This document shows, in pieces, positions 17,477 through 27,076 of a stretch of DNA of 64,000 nucleotides. The notes beneath the pieces are model-generated. The model worked only from the letters and a program-made list of their open reading frames with translations, did no database searches and was not told the DNA's origin. Source of the stretch: Patescibacteria group bacterium (GTDB lineage: Bacteria > Patescibacteriota > Patescibacteriia > UBA1558 > GWA2-36-10); the NCBI GenBank assembly GCA_041665545.1, contig JBAYIQ010000002.1, forward strand, positions 66,369 through 130,368. The letters are read 5' to 3'. Every line of letters begins with the position of its first letter. Positions within the stretch are counted from its first letter, which is position 1. The position numbers and the translations under genes were made by a program.

Positions 17477-19453
17477 ATGAATACTAGTGTCCTAGCTAGA
17501 CAATTGAAAGTAACCACCAGCGAGCTCCTAGAAAAACTACCAGAGCTTGGTTTTGATATTGGTGGCAAGGCGCTAAAAATCAATGATCATCTTGTTCCAA
17601 AAATAATTGAAGCTTGGAAAAAAGACGAAAAGAAAAGAGCTTTCAAGGAAAGCCAATCTCAAATTACTGAAATACGTGCCAAAGACAAAACAGCTCCCCT
17701 TGAACAAAAAGAAATTATTGTTGGTGACACTATCGTGGTCAAAGATCTGGCGGAAATTATGAAACTTCCCATCGCTCGTCTCATGGGCGAACTAATGAAA
17801 AATGGCATTATGGTTTCGCTGAACGAAAAAGTTGATTTTGACACAGCTACTATTATTGCCGAAGACCTTGGTTTCAAAGTAAACAAGAGTGAGCAGACAA
17901 GTGTAGAAGAAACTAGCCATAAAGAAAAATTAACTCAGCTTTTATCAACTCGCGCTATTGGCGATACCAAAGCACCAGTGGTAGTGGTCATGGGTCATGT
18001 TGACCATGGCAAAACAAAATTATTGGACGCTATCCGCTCGACCAATGTAGTTGACCAAGAAGCTGGCGGCATTACCCAACACATCGGCGCTTACCAAGTA
18101 GAAACTCACGGTCGACCCATTACTTTTTTGGATACTCCTGGACACGAGGCGTTCAAAGCCATGCGCTCTCGTGGCGGACAGGTGGCTGACATCGCTATTT
18201 TGGTGGTGGCCGCTGATGATGGCCTGCAACCGCAAACTTTGGAAAGTATTGCTGTCATCCAAAAAGAAAATTTACCCTTTGTTATCGCCATTAACAAAAT
18301 TGACAAGCCAGGTGCTGACATTGACCGCCTAAAACAACAATTAGTAGAAATAAATTTGATGCCCGAAGACTGGGGTGGTAAAGTAATTTGCCAGCCGATT
18401 TCCGCTTTGAAAAAAGAAGGTATTTCTGAGTTACTAGACATGATATTACTGGTGGCTGACATGGAAAATTTCAAAGCCGATGTCGCAGGATCAGCTGTTG
18501 GTACTATTATTGAGTCCCACCTAGACCCGGGCGAAGGTCCAGTGGCTACAGTCTTGGTGCAAGCCGGCACTTTGCAAGTTGGCGATATGATTATTGTCGG
18601 TCAGGTGCCAGGAAAAATAAAAATGCTCAAAAACTGGAAAGGCCAAAACCAAACTTCAGCTGGCCCAGCTACGCCTGTAAAAATTTTGGGCTTAAAACAA
18701 TTACCGCAAATTGGAGAAATTTTGGAAGTAATCACTGACAAAAAAGACTACAAAAACAAACTCAAAAATATTGATAATAATTTCCGGCCCTCAAGTATCA
18801 ATAATAGTAGCAATAGCAATGGCAACAAAAAAGAAGAAGGTGATGAAAATGCCACTACCTTGCGCTTGATCATCAAATCCGATGTTTTGGGCTCAGCCGA
18901 AGCCATCGAAGAGTCTCTAAGAAAAATCGCTGTCTCTGGCGCTAGAATTCAAGTCATTAAAAAAGGCCTAGGCCTTTTCAATGAAACTGATGTGCTCAAT
19001 GCTGCCGCTCAGCAAAGCATCTTAGTTGGCTTTCATATCAAAGAAAATAAAAATATTATCAATCTGGCTCAAGAAAAAGGTGTTACTGTCCTCTACTTTG
19101 ATATTATTTATAAACTGCTGGAAGACATTGAAAAACGCTTGATAAATATCAAGGCCAAAAAAACCATCCACAAAATTATTGGCAAGATGCAAGTCTTGGC
19201 TATCTTCAAATCACAAAAAAATAGCATGATTGTTGGTGGCAAAATTATTGACGGCCTGATCACCAAAAAATGTAATGTTAAAGTAATGAAAAATGGTGAG
19301 ATGGAAGCTATTGGTAAAATAATCAGCTTGCAATCAGCCAAACAAGAAATGAATGAAGTGGTGGCTGGCAATGAAGCTGGTATTGAGTACCAAGGCGACC
19401 CTATAATCGCTGTGGGTGATACTTTGGAATTTTTTGAAGAAAGCTATGAGTAA
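17477..19453 (+). CDS. infB: Translation initiation factor IF-2
   Basis: G-domain motifs VVVVMGHVDHGKTKLLD, DTPGHEAF and NKID. C-terminal beta-barrel domains. 658 aa. Confidence 0.95.
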   Translation: MNTSVLARQLKVTTSELLEKLPELGFDIGGKALKINDHLVPKIIEAWKKDEKKRAFKESQSQITEIRAKDKTAPLEQKEIIVGDTIVVKDLAEIMKLPIARLMGELMKNGIMVSLNEKVDFDTATIIAEDLGFKVNKSEQTSVEETSHKEKLTQLLSTRAIGDTKAPVVVVMGHVDHGKTKLLDAIRSTNVVDQEAGGITQHIGAYQVETHGRPITFLDTPGHEAFKAMRSRGGQVADIAILVVAADDGLQPQTLESIAVIQKENLPFVIAINKIDKPGADIDRLKQQLVEINLMPEDWGGKVICQPISALKKEGISELLDMILLVADMENFKADVAGSAVGTIIESHLDPGEGPVATVLVQAGTLQVGDMIIVGQVPGKIKMLKNWKGQNQTSAGPATPVKILGLKQLPQIGEILEVITDKKDYKNKLKNIDNNFRPSSINNSSNSNGNKKEEGDENATTLRLIIKSDVLGSAEAIEESLRKIAVSGARIQVIKKGLGLFNETDVLNAAAQQSILVGFHIKENKNIINLAQEKGVTVLYFDIIYKLLEDIEKRLINIKAKKTIHKIIGKMQVLAIFKSQKNSMIVGGKIIDGLITKKCNVKVMKNGEMEAIGKIISLQSAKQEMNEVVAGNEAGIEYQGDPIIAVGDTLEFFEESYE

Positions 19454-19772
19454 GCGTCCGGCCCAAGTAGGAGAATATTTACGCCAGCAAATCAACAATA
19501 TAATTTTGCGTGATTTTGAGCCACCCATGGGCACGCTCATTAGCGTCACTGAAGTCACTATTTCGCCAGACCTCAAAAATGCTACAGCTTATGTCAGTAT
19601 CATCCCCCAAAATCACTTGGGTTCAGGACTGACGGCCATCAAAAAATTTGCTGGTCATATTCAAAAAGAAATTGGTCGCAACTTGACTATGCGCGGGACG
19701 CCTCATTTGAATTTTGAGCTTGATGAACGTGATATAAAATACGGACGCATTGATGAGGCATTGAAAAAATAG
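19446..19772 (+). CDS. rbfA: Ribosome-binding factor A
   Basis: MSKRPAQVGEYLRQQINNIILRDFE...TLISVTEVTISPDLKNATAYVS matches the RbfA KH-like fold. The start ATG overlaps the infB stop (ATGAGTAA). The track gives a longer upstream-extended ORF from 19416. Confidence 0.85.
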   Translation: MSKRPAQVGEYLRQQINNIILRDFEPPMGTLISVTEVTISPDLKNATAYVSIIPQNHLGSGLTAIKKFAGHIQKEIGRNLTMRGTPHLNFELDERDIKYGRIDEALKK

Positions 19773-19782
19773 ATTAAAATAA

Positions 19783-19812
19783 AAAACACTCGAGAAAATT
19801 TGAGTGTTTTTT
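19783..19812 (+). terminator. Intrinsic terminator after infB-rbfA (aacactcgag-loop-tgagtgtt followed by a T-run)
   Basis: Hairpin plus tttttt read directly. Confidence 0.65.
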
Positions 19813-19843
19813 GATTATAATATATTTTATTTAGTATATAAAG

Positions 19844-20539
19844 TTAATCAGTGGTACTGATAGATTTGCATCCGTCTATATAACGATCTCCCCCTCTTAC
19901 ATTTTTAAATAAATCACAATAATCATCGTTTTTCATTATAATTTTATAACGATAGATGCAGTCATATGATACATTTAAATCCAGTGGCATTTCAAGTGAT
20001 TTTGCTACACTTAGACAACCCTCTATATCTCTTGTCGAGTAAAGAAATTTTTCAAAACATTTTGTTAGCATGGAATGTTTTTCCTGGCTATTTGTTAATT
20101 GCACACTTAGTTGTTTGCAATCTTCATAATTTTTAGCTTCTTGTAAAGATTTGTTTGTTATTTCTCCAACTATTTTACTGCGCGCATCTCGTTCATTGAT
20201 TTGTTTATTTATATTGTATTCCTCCCAACAAATAGGGGTATAAATTATAACACCAATAGCCACAAAAATGGAAGATGACACTATAAACAATTGCCTGTCG
20301 TTGTGTTTTTTTGCTGACGGAAGAATAATGTTGACCACTAGCCCAAAAATAGTTGAGCCAAATAATCCAGGTATAATAATACCAAGCCCCCAAATTCCTG
20401 CCTCCGATTTTAAGAAATATAATAAATAAACAAACGCAATTACCCAGACGGCGTTTGATAAAATGAATAATATCCAGAATAATTTTTTAGATATTATTTT
20501 GTTAGAATTAGAGTTTATTTGATTATTTTTTGAGAGCAT
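19844..20539 (-). CDS. Hypothetical membrane protein (3 TM) with a Cys-rich C-terminal domain
   Basis: 231-aa ORF. Hydrophobic N-terminal half. C-terminal region with 8 Cys (CKQ...CFEK...CLS...C..YDC...CDL...CKS). Confidence 0.4.
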   Translation of the reverse strand: MLSKNNQINSNSNKIISKKLFWILFILSNAVWVIAFVYLLYFLKSEAGIWGLGIIIPGLFGSTIFGLVVNIILPSAKKHNDRQLFIVSSSIFVAIGVIIYTPICWEEYNINKQINERDARSKIVGEITNKSLQEAKNYEDCKQLSVQLTNSQEKHSMLTKCFEKFLYSTRDIEGCLSVAKSLEMPLDLNVSYDCIYRYKIIMKNDDYCDLFKNVRGGDRYIDGCKSISTTD

Positions 20540-20667
20540 AAATGATTTTAATATTATGTTATCATTATACTATAAATAATCTTAACCTCCTATAGCCCCC
20601 ACTCAAAAATTACCACCCGCCTCGCCAAAGTATTTGCGCTAGTTTCTTGAACTCGCCTTTTATAGCA

Positions 20668-20696
20668 TTGACTCTATAGCCAAGTTCCGCTATAAT
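20668..20696 (+). promoter_or_regulatory. Sigma-70-type promoter TTGACT-17-TATAAT, giving a (near-)leaderless nrnA transcript
   Basis: ttgact(20668-20673)-ctatagccaagttccgc-tataat(20691-20696). The ATG is at 20705, only about 8 nt past the -10 element. Confidence 0.55.
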
Positions 20697-20704
20697 ATTT
20701 TGTT

Positions 20705-21670
20705 ATGTTAAATCACCAACACTTAAGTCAGGCCATACTGCAGGAAATCAAGCAGGCCGAAAATATATTAATCATCTCCCACCAGCGCCCCGATGGCGAT
20801 ACTTTGGGTTCAAATTTAGCTTTGCGTAAATATTTATCTAGTTTAGGCAAAAATGTACACTCTTTTTGCGATAGCTTGATACCGGATTATCTGACTTTTT
20901 TGCCAGACAGTCATCTTATAAAACAAGACCATTTGTTATTCACCAAAAAGTTCGACTTGGTAATCACTGTGGATTCGGCGACTTTAGAGCTTACTGGCGC
21001 TCAGCATCTTTTGGAAATATTACCCCAGCCCTATCGGCTAATAAATATTGACCACCACAACTCCAACCCCAAATACGCTGACATCAACCTAGTGCTCTCT
21101 GAGGCCTGCTCCACAGCCGAAATAATCTACCGCCTATTTGCTGATTGGAAAATAACTTTGGACCAAGACATTGCTACCAATCTGGCCTGTGGCTTGATCA
21201 CTGACACTAGCGGTTTCAAAAACCCAGCTACTAGCTACCAGTCACTAAATATTGCTGCCGAATTATTCAACCAAGGCGCCAATTTACACCAATTATTAAA
21301 AATAACCAACCGCAGTAAAAATATTGACAATCTGATTCTCTGGGGCCGAGCTTTGGAGCGCTTGGAAAAAATCGAAAAAAATAATATAGTTTTTACCTTC
21401 CTGACGCAGAGTGATTTACTGGAGACAAATACTGACGAATCAGCCATTGAAGGCATTGCTAATTTTTTGCATATCCTAAAAGAAGGCAAAATAATTTTGG
21501 TTTTAGTGGAAACCAGTGCTAATATGATAAAGGGCTCGCTACGCACTACTTCGGAAATAGATGTTTCCGAAATTGCCAAGCTCTTTGGCGGTGGCGGACA
21601 CAAAAAAGCCGCGGGCTTCACCTTGCCAGGTAAATTGGATTATGTTAAAAATAGAATAAGGATTATTTAA
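20705..21670 (+). CDS. nrnA: Bifunctional oligoribonuclease / pAp phosphatase NrnA (DHH-DHHA1)
   Basis: ILIISHQRPDGDTLGSNLAL (DHH motif I), DHHNSNP (DHH), GGGGHKKAAG (DHHA1 GGGH motif). 321 aa. Confidence 0.85.
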   Translation: MLNHQHLSQAILQEIKQAENILIISHQRPDGDTLGSNLALRKYLSSLGKNVHSFCDSLIPDYLTFLPDSHLIKQDHLLFTKKFDLVITVDSATLELTGAQHLLEILPQPYRLINIDHHNSNPKYADINLVLSEACSTAEIIYRLFADWKITLDQDIATNLACGLITDTSGFKNPATSYQSLNIAAELFNQGANLHQLLKITNRSKNIDNLILWGRALERLEKIEKNNIVFTFLTQSDLLETNTDESAIEGIANFLHILKEGKIILVLVETSANMIKGSLRTTSEIDVSEIAKLFGGGGHKKAAGFTLPGKLDYVKNRIRII

Positions 21671-21675
21671 TTTAC

Positions 21676-21712
21676 TTTACCGCCCAGAGGGCGGTCGCCC
21701 TATGGGCGGTAC
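21676..21712 (+). terminator. Tandem GC hairpins (ccgccc-agag-ggcgg; cgccc-tat-gggcg) after nrnA. Terminator-like, of the hairpin-repeat family.
   Basis: Palindromes read directly. No strong T-run follows, so function as a terminator is uncertain. Confidence 0.4.
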
Positions 21713-21741
21713 TTTCAACTTTAAACTTTTAACTACATTAT

Positions 21742-22314
21742 ATGCTTATACCCACAGTAATAGAAAAAAGCCAAGGTGGCGAAAGAGCTTATGACATCTA
21801 CTCTCGCCTACTCAAAGACCGTATAATTTTTTTGGGTGACGCGATTGATGATCACATCGCCAACCTAGTCATTGCTCAATTGCTTTTTTTGGATGCTCAA
21901 GACAATACTAGGCCAATCAAAATGTATATCAATTCACCGGGTGGTTCAGTGACCGATGGTTTGGCAATATATGACACCATGCAACACGTCAAAAGTCCGG
22001 TCTCCACTATTGCTGTTGGCTTAGCCGCTTCGATGGGCGCCTTGTTGCTGTCGGCTGGCACCAAGGGCCAGAGATTTGCTTTACCCAACGCCGAAATTCT
22101 CCTGCACCAAGTAATGGGCGGCGCCCAAGGCCAAGCATCAGACATCAAAATAAAAGCCGAGCAGATTTTGAAGCTCAAAGATCGTCTCAATCAGATACTG
22201 CACAAGCACACTGGACAAGCTTTAAAAAAAATAGAAGTTGATACTGATCGCGACTACTATATGAATCCCGAAGAAGCCAAAACTTATGGCTTGATCGATA
22301 AAATCATAAAATAA
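21742..22314 (+). CDS. clpP: ATP-dependent Clp protease proteolytic subunit
   Basis: [11 protein letters not shown]...[18 protein letters not shown]...[11 protein letters not shown] (catalytic Ser)...LHQ (His). 190 aa. Confidence 0.95.
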   Translation: MLIPTVIEKSQGGERAYDIYSRLLKDRIIFLGDAIDDHIANLVIAQLLFLDAQDNTRPIKMYINSPGGSVTDGLAIYDTMQHVKSPVSTIAVGLAASMGALLLSAGTKGQRFALPNAEILLHQVMGGAQGQASDIKIKAEQILKLKDRLNQILHKHTGQALKKIEVDTDRDYYMNPEEAKTYGLIDKIIK

Positions 22315-22414
22315 TTTATCCACAACAAAAAGATTGTTCACTTTTGAAAAGATTTGTGCTATTATATTTTCCAAGGTGAGTCTTGAGGATCTAAACCATC
22401 CTCATTTCTAAATT

Positions 22415-22500
22415 CTCATCCCTAAGACCATCGGTGCACAGCACCATTCATAGCCGAAAGACTTTGGATAATGCTGTGCTCAAGCCGATGGTCTTTGTTT
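22415..22500 (+). other. Long imperfect hairpin (aagaccatcggtgcacagcacc...ggtgctgtgctcaagccgatggtctt) ending in tgtttt. Structured RNA or strong terminator downstream of clpP. Its 3' arm plus the following hairpin module is duplicated at 22957-23030.
   Basis: About 20-bp complementary arms around a ccgaaag-containing loop, seen in the sequence. ctcaagccgatggtctttgtttt followed by aaaga..gaccc/gagtccatc hairpin modules occurs twice, about 490 bp apart. Confidence 0.4.
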
Positions 22501-22594
22501 TAAAGTAAAAGAAAAAGACCCAATGGGATTCTGTACCCATTAGGTCTTTCCACACGACTGATGTGTCGCGAATCCTCTGTCGAGGTGTACTCTC

Positions 22595-22852
22595 TCAACC
22601 ACTGAGAATATTATACCAGAACAGCTGGGGATTGATGATCCAGTCGGCTATCGCCAATCCAGTGAAACCGATACTTGCAAAGAACCAGGAATAGAAGAAC
22701 ATGTGTTCATCACGACGTGAATGACAAATGGCCTCATCTGACGCTCTGCCAGAGACGGCGTTAGGAACATCCCTTCTGGCTAAGATAGTCGCGATGATAC
22801 CGCTTACGAAGAGAATCAACACCAAAAGTTTGGCTTCAAGATCTGGGTTCAT
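22595..22852 (-). CDS. Small membrane protein (2 TM) in a GC-rich island
   Basis: 85-aa ORF. RBS-like ggaaggggtgaagac upstream of the ATG. Hydrophobic segments LLVLILFVSGIIATILA and FFASIGFTGLAIADWII. Local GC is much higher than the genome background. Confidence 0.45.
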   Translation of the reverse strand: MNPDLEAKLLVLILFVSGIIATILARRDVPNAVSGRASDEAICHSRRDEHMFFYSWFFASIGFTGLAIADWIINPQLFWYNILSG

Positions 22853-23060
22853 GTCTTCACCCCTTCCAATATCAAGGCCACTATTACCACCACCCGCTTA
22901 CGCTAATAACTTATATAATATTAAAAAGATTGTCAAATATAATTATGGCCCACTACTATTAGGCTCAAGCCGATGGTCTTTGTTTTTTTGTAAAAGAAAG
23001 AGTCCATCGCGGCTTGATGGACTCTGGCCCAAAAGAGTGTGGGCAAGCAAAGGAGATGAA

Positions 23061-23393
23061 TCACGACTCCGGTGGCAAATGATGCTTGGCACGAAATTCC
23101 GCCTCCAAACGCGTCAGTGTTCCTTCACTAACCAAGCGAATGGCTGCCGGATTACACCCGCTGGCTGGGTATAGTATCGCGCCAATTTCTCGTAGATGAT
23201 ATCTACTGGCAAGAAGACGCAGTCTTTTCATTCGAGGGTCATTTTCTAATGCCCTCAAAGACGCCTCGAACTGATCCGGACCATCATCTGAAAAAACCCC
23301 GGACACCAAGATGATACCTTCGGCCGTGCCATAAATCCCCGTAGGTCTCATGATACACACTCCTTTATTGACAATAGTGGCGATGAACATACC
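23061..23393 (-). CDS. Hypothetical protein in the GC-rich island (start taken at the internal Met MFIATIVNKG...)
   Basis: The track ORF is 203 aa, but its N-terminal 90 aa is R/S-rich and not protein-like. gaagg lies 6 nt before the internal ATG at complement 23393. Confidence 0.35.
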   Translation of the reverse strand, partial: GMFIATIVNKGVCIMRPTGIYGTAEGIILVSGVFSDDGPDQFEASLRALENDPRMKRLRLLASRYHLREIGAILYPASGCNPAAIRLVSEGTLTRLEAEFRAKHHLPPES

Positions 23394-23508
23394 TTCAAAA
23401 TTATTGTAATTTATTTTTAATATTAAAGCAATTTGAGTAAAAAAAGAAGAGACCAACTTACCCTGGTCTCTAATGGGTTGGGTCCGAAGACCCTGATGGA
23501 ACAGTCGA

Positions 23509-23739
23509 CTAGCCGCCGATCCTGCCGAGGTGGATCTTCGCGAGCATATCATCGATCGACTCGAGTCTTTTCTTGAGAATCGTATTCTGACGAACGGTTT
23601 CGTAATCGATCGACACGAGCTCGAAATACAGTGCCATGAACGCGAGAAAAGCAACTGCCTGAATCTTGCCATTCCCCGTCAGAACAAGCAATGCCGCGAT
23701 CATGAAGAGAAAGCCGAGAATAAAAGCGATAATCCTCAT
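23509..23739 (-). CDS. Small membrane protein (2 TM) in the GC-rich island
   Basis: 76 aa. Strong SD aaggagcacggaa-ATG. Hydrophobic N-terminal two-thirds. Confidence 0.5.
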   Translation of the reverse strand: MRIIAFILGFLFMIAALLVLTGNGKIQAVAFLAFMALYFELVSIDYETVRQNTILKKRLESIDDMLAKIHLGRIGG

Positions 23740-23785
23740 TTCCGTGCTCCTTGTTCAGGTACAGAACCATTGGCCCTGAGACGCC

Positions 23786-24139
23786 TCAGAGTGTAGCCCT
23801 GCTATCTGCGGGTGTTCTGCTCGGCCGTCTCCACTTGAGCAACTGAATCACGTAGAAACTCGCCGAGAAACTGACAACCGACGAGCTAATGACAAGCATG
23901 TTTCTGCTTATCAAGAGAATGGTCGCCAGAATGATGACGCATGTGCAGATCAGGTGGATACCCACCACATGCCGCCACTTCTCACAACGCAGGGTGGATC
24001 CGAGAAATATGCCCGCAAAGATACTCATGAAGATGGCCTTTACGAAATAGACACCCTGGGGATTCGAGACTTGCTGAACGGCCACTATTAGCATAGCCGC
24101 ACACACCAAGTCCAGCAGAATAATGGCTAGGGTTCTCAT
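23786..24139 (-). CDS. Small membrane protein (3-4 TM) in the GC-rich island (start at MRTLAIILL)
   Basis: aaaggatgtctc-ATG upstream. Very hydrophobic. The track lists a longer variant from 24166. Confidence 0.45.
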   Translation of the reverse strand: MRTLAIILLDLVCAAMLIVAVQQVSNPQGVYFVKAIFMSIFAGIFLGSTLRCEKWRHVVGIHLICTCVIILATILLISRNMLVISSSVVSFSASFYVIQLLKWRRPSRTPADSRATL

Positions 24140-24245
24140 GAGACATCCTTTCATTTTGAGGTACAAACCATGACCTGAAATGGCCTATTTTTGGTTTATA
24201 ACATAATATATAATAAACAATGAATTGTGTCAATACAAAACTAAG

Positions 24246-24274
24246 TTGACTTTTTACCTAATATTAGGTATAAT
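24246..24274 (+). promoter_or_regulatory. Perfect-consensus sigma-70 promoter TTGACT-17-TATAAT, about 225 nt upstream of rny
   Basis: ttgact(24246-24251), 17-nt spacer, tataat(24269-24274). The leader contains hairpins gagagtaataactctc and tctagacgctctaga. Confidence 0.6.
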
Positions 24275-24497
24275 GGCTAGGAGAGTAATAACTCTCATCT
24301 AATTTAAAACCGTTTTATTAATAATTTACTGTTTTGAAGTCTGTATCTAGACGCTCTAGATCATATTGAACCGACAAGTGCTTATTTCCCATGGAATTAA
24401 AATTCTCTGATAACAATTTAATATCAATTATCAACCTAAATCACTTGTTTAGGTCTATTGTCTTCTCAAAAAAGCAGTAAACTGGAAAGTTTAACTT

Positions 24498-26009
24498 ATG
24501 TATATTTGGCTATTGGCCGCGCTAGTTGCTGGTGCATTTTTTGGCTATCTAATAAAAAAATTATTTAGCAGCCAAAACATCAACTCGGCCGAAAGAAAGG
24601 CAGAAGCCATCCTAGCTGACGCCAAACAAAAACAAAAAGATCTCCTCTTGGAAGCCAAGGACAAAGCCATGGCAGTCATTGAGGAATCCAAAATTGAAGA
24701 GCGTGATCGCCGTCGACAGCTACAAGAATTGGAAAATCGCTTGGGCAAGCGCGAAAGCTTGTTTGACCGCAAAATCATGGAATTTGAGGAAAGCAAACAG
24801 CGCCTCGACAATTCCCAGCTACAATTAGAAAAAACTCGCGAGGAAATAAAAACCATCAAAGTAGAGCAACTTTCAAAATTGGAAAAAATAGCTCAACTCA
24901 ACCAAGATGAAGCTCGCGAAGTTTTGCTCAACAACACTGAGACGCGCATGAAGGACGAACTGCTTCATCGTATCCGCAAATTGGAAGAAGAAGCTCAGGA
25001 TGAATTGGAAGAGCGCGCCAAAAAAATATTAACCACAGTGATTGAGCGCGTGGCCGCTCCCCATACTGTGGAAACCACCACCACTTCCGTCAACCTGCCC
25101 AACGAAGAAATGAAAGGCCGTATCATTGGCCGTGAAGGTCGCAATATAAAAACCATTGAGCAATTGACTGGCGCTGAAATCATTATTGACGATACCCCGG
25201 AAACTATTTTGATTTCCGCTTTCAATCCTATCCGCCGACAATTAGCCAAACGCACTCTAGAAAAATTAATGGCTGATGGTCGTATTCATCCGGGTCGTAT
25301 CGAAGAAACTGTCACTCAAGCCAAAAAAGATCTGGCCTTGGACATCAAAAAAGCCGGCGAAGAAGCTGCTTATCAAGCGGGCATAGTCGGACTAGACAGC
25401 AAACTGCTCCAAATTTTGGGTCGTTTGAAATACCGCACTAGTTACGGCCAAAACCAATTACAGCATGCTTTGGAAGTTTCGGCTTTGGCTGGCACCTTGG
25501 CTGCGGAATTGGGCGCTGATGTCAATGTCTGCAAAAAAGGCGGACTACTGCACGATATTGGCAAAGCACTAGATCACGAAATACAAGGCGGTCACCCCGA
25601 GATCGGCTATGACCTATTGAAAAAGTTTGGTTTGCCAGAAGAGGTGGCCTATATGTCCACTGCTCACCATGAAGATCAGCCCAAGTCAATCGAAGGCGTG
25701 ATAGTCAAAATTGCTGATGCTATTTCTGGCTCCCGTCCTGGCGCTCGTCGCGATTCTTTTGAAAACTATATCCAACGTTTGACCGAGCTGGAAGACACAG
25801 CCAAGACTTTCCCGGGTGTAGAAAAAGTCTATGCCATCCAAGCTGGCCGTGAGATCAGAGTCTTTGTGTCACCAGATGAAATTGATGACTACAAAGCCAC
25901 TACTTTGGCTCGAGATATAGCCAACAAAATTGAATCCGAGCTCAAGTACCCAGGCGAGATCCGGGTGACTGTAATCAGAGAAAAAAGAGTCATAGAATAT
26001 GCCAGATAA
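24498..26009 (+). CDS. rny: Ribonuclease Y
   Basis: N-terminal TM (MYIWLLAALVAGAFFGYLI), long coiled-coil, KH domain (GRIIGREGRNIKTIEQLTG), HD domain (LLHDIGKA...HHEDQ). 503 aa. Confidence 0.95.
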   Translation: MYIWLLAALVAGAFFGYLIKKLFSSQNINSAERKAEAILADAKQKQKDLLLEAKDKAMAVIEESKIEERDRRRQLQELENRLGKRESLFDRKIMEFEESKQRLDNSQLQLEKTREEIKTIKVEQLSKLEKIAQLNQDEAREVLLNNTETRMKDELLHRIRKLEEEAQDELEERAKKILTTVIERVAAPHTVETTTTSVNLPNEEMKGRIIGREGRNIKTIEQLTGAEIIIDDTPETILISAFNPIRRQLAKRTLEKLMADGRIHPGRIEETVTQAKKDLALDIKKAGEEAAYQAGIVGLDSKLLQILGRLKYRTSYGQNQLQHALEVSALAGTLAAELGADVNVCKKGGLLHDIGKALDHEIQGGHPEIGYDLLKKFGLPEEVAYMSTAHHEDQPKSIEGVIVKIADAISGSRPGARRDSFENYIQRLTELEDTAKTFPGVEKVYAIQAGREIRVFVSPDEIDDYKATTLARDIANKIESELKYPGEIRVTVIREKRVIEYAR

Positions 26010-26787
26010 AATAACCATACTATTTTTTGGTGACGTTGTCGGCGCCATTGGACGCCAAGGCGTAAAAAATATTTTGCCAATCTGGCAAAAAAAATATAAG
26101 CCCGATTTAGTAATTGCCAATATTGAAAATTTAGCTCATGGTTCAGGCCTGACCACAAAAACAGTGGCCGATATCCAAACCACTGGCATCCAATTGTACA
26201 CTGGTGGCAACCATACTTGGCGTAAAGAAGACTTGACTAATTTTATTGACCTAAAAATTGCCACACCCATCAATGATGTCCGCACTATTCCTGAACACCG
26301 CTATCAAGAAATTGAAATAAAAAAGACCAAGATTGCGGTGGTTAGTGTTTTGGGTGAGGGTATGATGAAAGACGAGGCGATTTCCAATCCTTTTTTAGCA
26401 ATTCGCGATATGTTGCCAGAGATTCATGACCATATTATTTTGGTTGATATGCACGCCGAACTGACCAGTGAAAAAAAAGCCATGGGATTTTTCTTGGATG
26501 GTAAAGTAGCGGTTGTCATGGGTACTCATACCCATGTGCCAACCGCCGATGCTCAAATTTTGCCCGGTGGCACTGGCTACATCACTGATGTGGGCATGGT
26601 TGGTGCCTATCCATCAGTCATCGGCATAGACAAAGAAGTAATAATTGAAAAATTTTTGACTGACTCACCGGTCAATCACGAAATACCAGTGGCTAGCCAA
26701 ATCGAAATAAATGCTTTATTATTAGAGGTAGATATCAAGAGTAAGAAAACTATTAAGATAAAACATCTAAGAGAAATCATAAATTAA
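25999..26787 (+). CDS. ymdB: YmdB-family metallophosphoesterase (2',3'-cyclic-nucleotide phosphodiesterase-like)
   Basis: ILFFGDVVGAIGRQ...DLVIANIENLAHGSGLT...GGNHTW...VDMHAE...GTHTHVPT. Conserved rny-ymdB gene pairing. Confidence 0.85.
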   Translation: MPDKITILFFGDVVGAIGRQGVKNILPIWQKKYKPDLVIANIENLAHGSGLTTKTVADIQTTGIQLYTGGNHTWRKEDLTNFIDLKIATPINDVRTIPEHRYQEIEIKKTKIAVVSVLGEGMMKDEAISNPFLAIRDMLPEIHDHIILVDMHAELTSEKKAMGFFLDGKVAVVMGTHTHVPTADAQILPGGTGYITDVGMVGAYPSVIGIDKEVIIEKFLTDSPVNHEIPVASQIEINALLLEVDIKSKKTIKIKHLREIIN

Positions 26788-26793
26788 ACACAT

Positions 26794-27072
26794 ATGAATA
26801 AGGCACAATTAATTGAAAGCGTGGCCATCAAAGCTGGCGTCAGCAAAAAAGAGGCCGATGATGTCCTCAAGGCCTTTGAAGATTTGGTCATGGAGAATCT
26901 AAAAAACGGCAGTGAAATAACACTGACCGGCTTTGGCACTTTTTCTGCCAAAAAACGCTCTTCCCGTCGTGGAGTCAATCCCCAAAAACCATCCGAGATC
27001 ATCACTATCCCAAAAGTGACCGTGCCAAAATTCAAAGCTGGAAAAACTCTCAAAGATTTTTTAAAAAAATAG
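26794..27072 (+). CDS. hup: DNA-binding protein HU
   Basis: MNKAQLIESVA...SKKEADDVLKAF...GFGTFSAKKRSSRRGVNPQ..., 92 aa. Confidence 0.9.
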   Translation: MNKAQLIESVAIKAGVSKKEADDVLKAFEDLVMENLKNGSEITLTGFGTFSAKKRSSRRGVNPQKPSEIITIPKVTVPKFKAGKTLKDFLKK

Positions 27073-27076
27073 CTAA

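Noticed and set aside
17659-19576. Minus-strand ORFs within infB/rbfA
   Set aside because: They are antisense to the well-supported infB and rbfA coding sequences.
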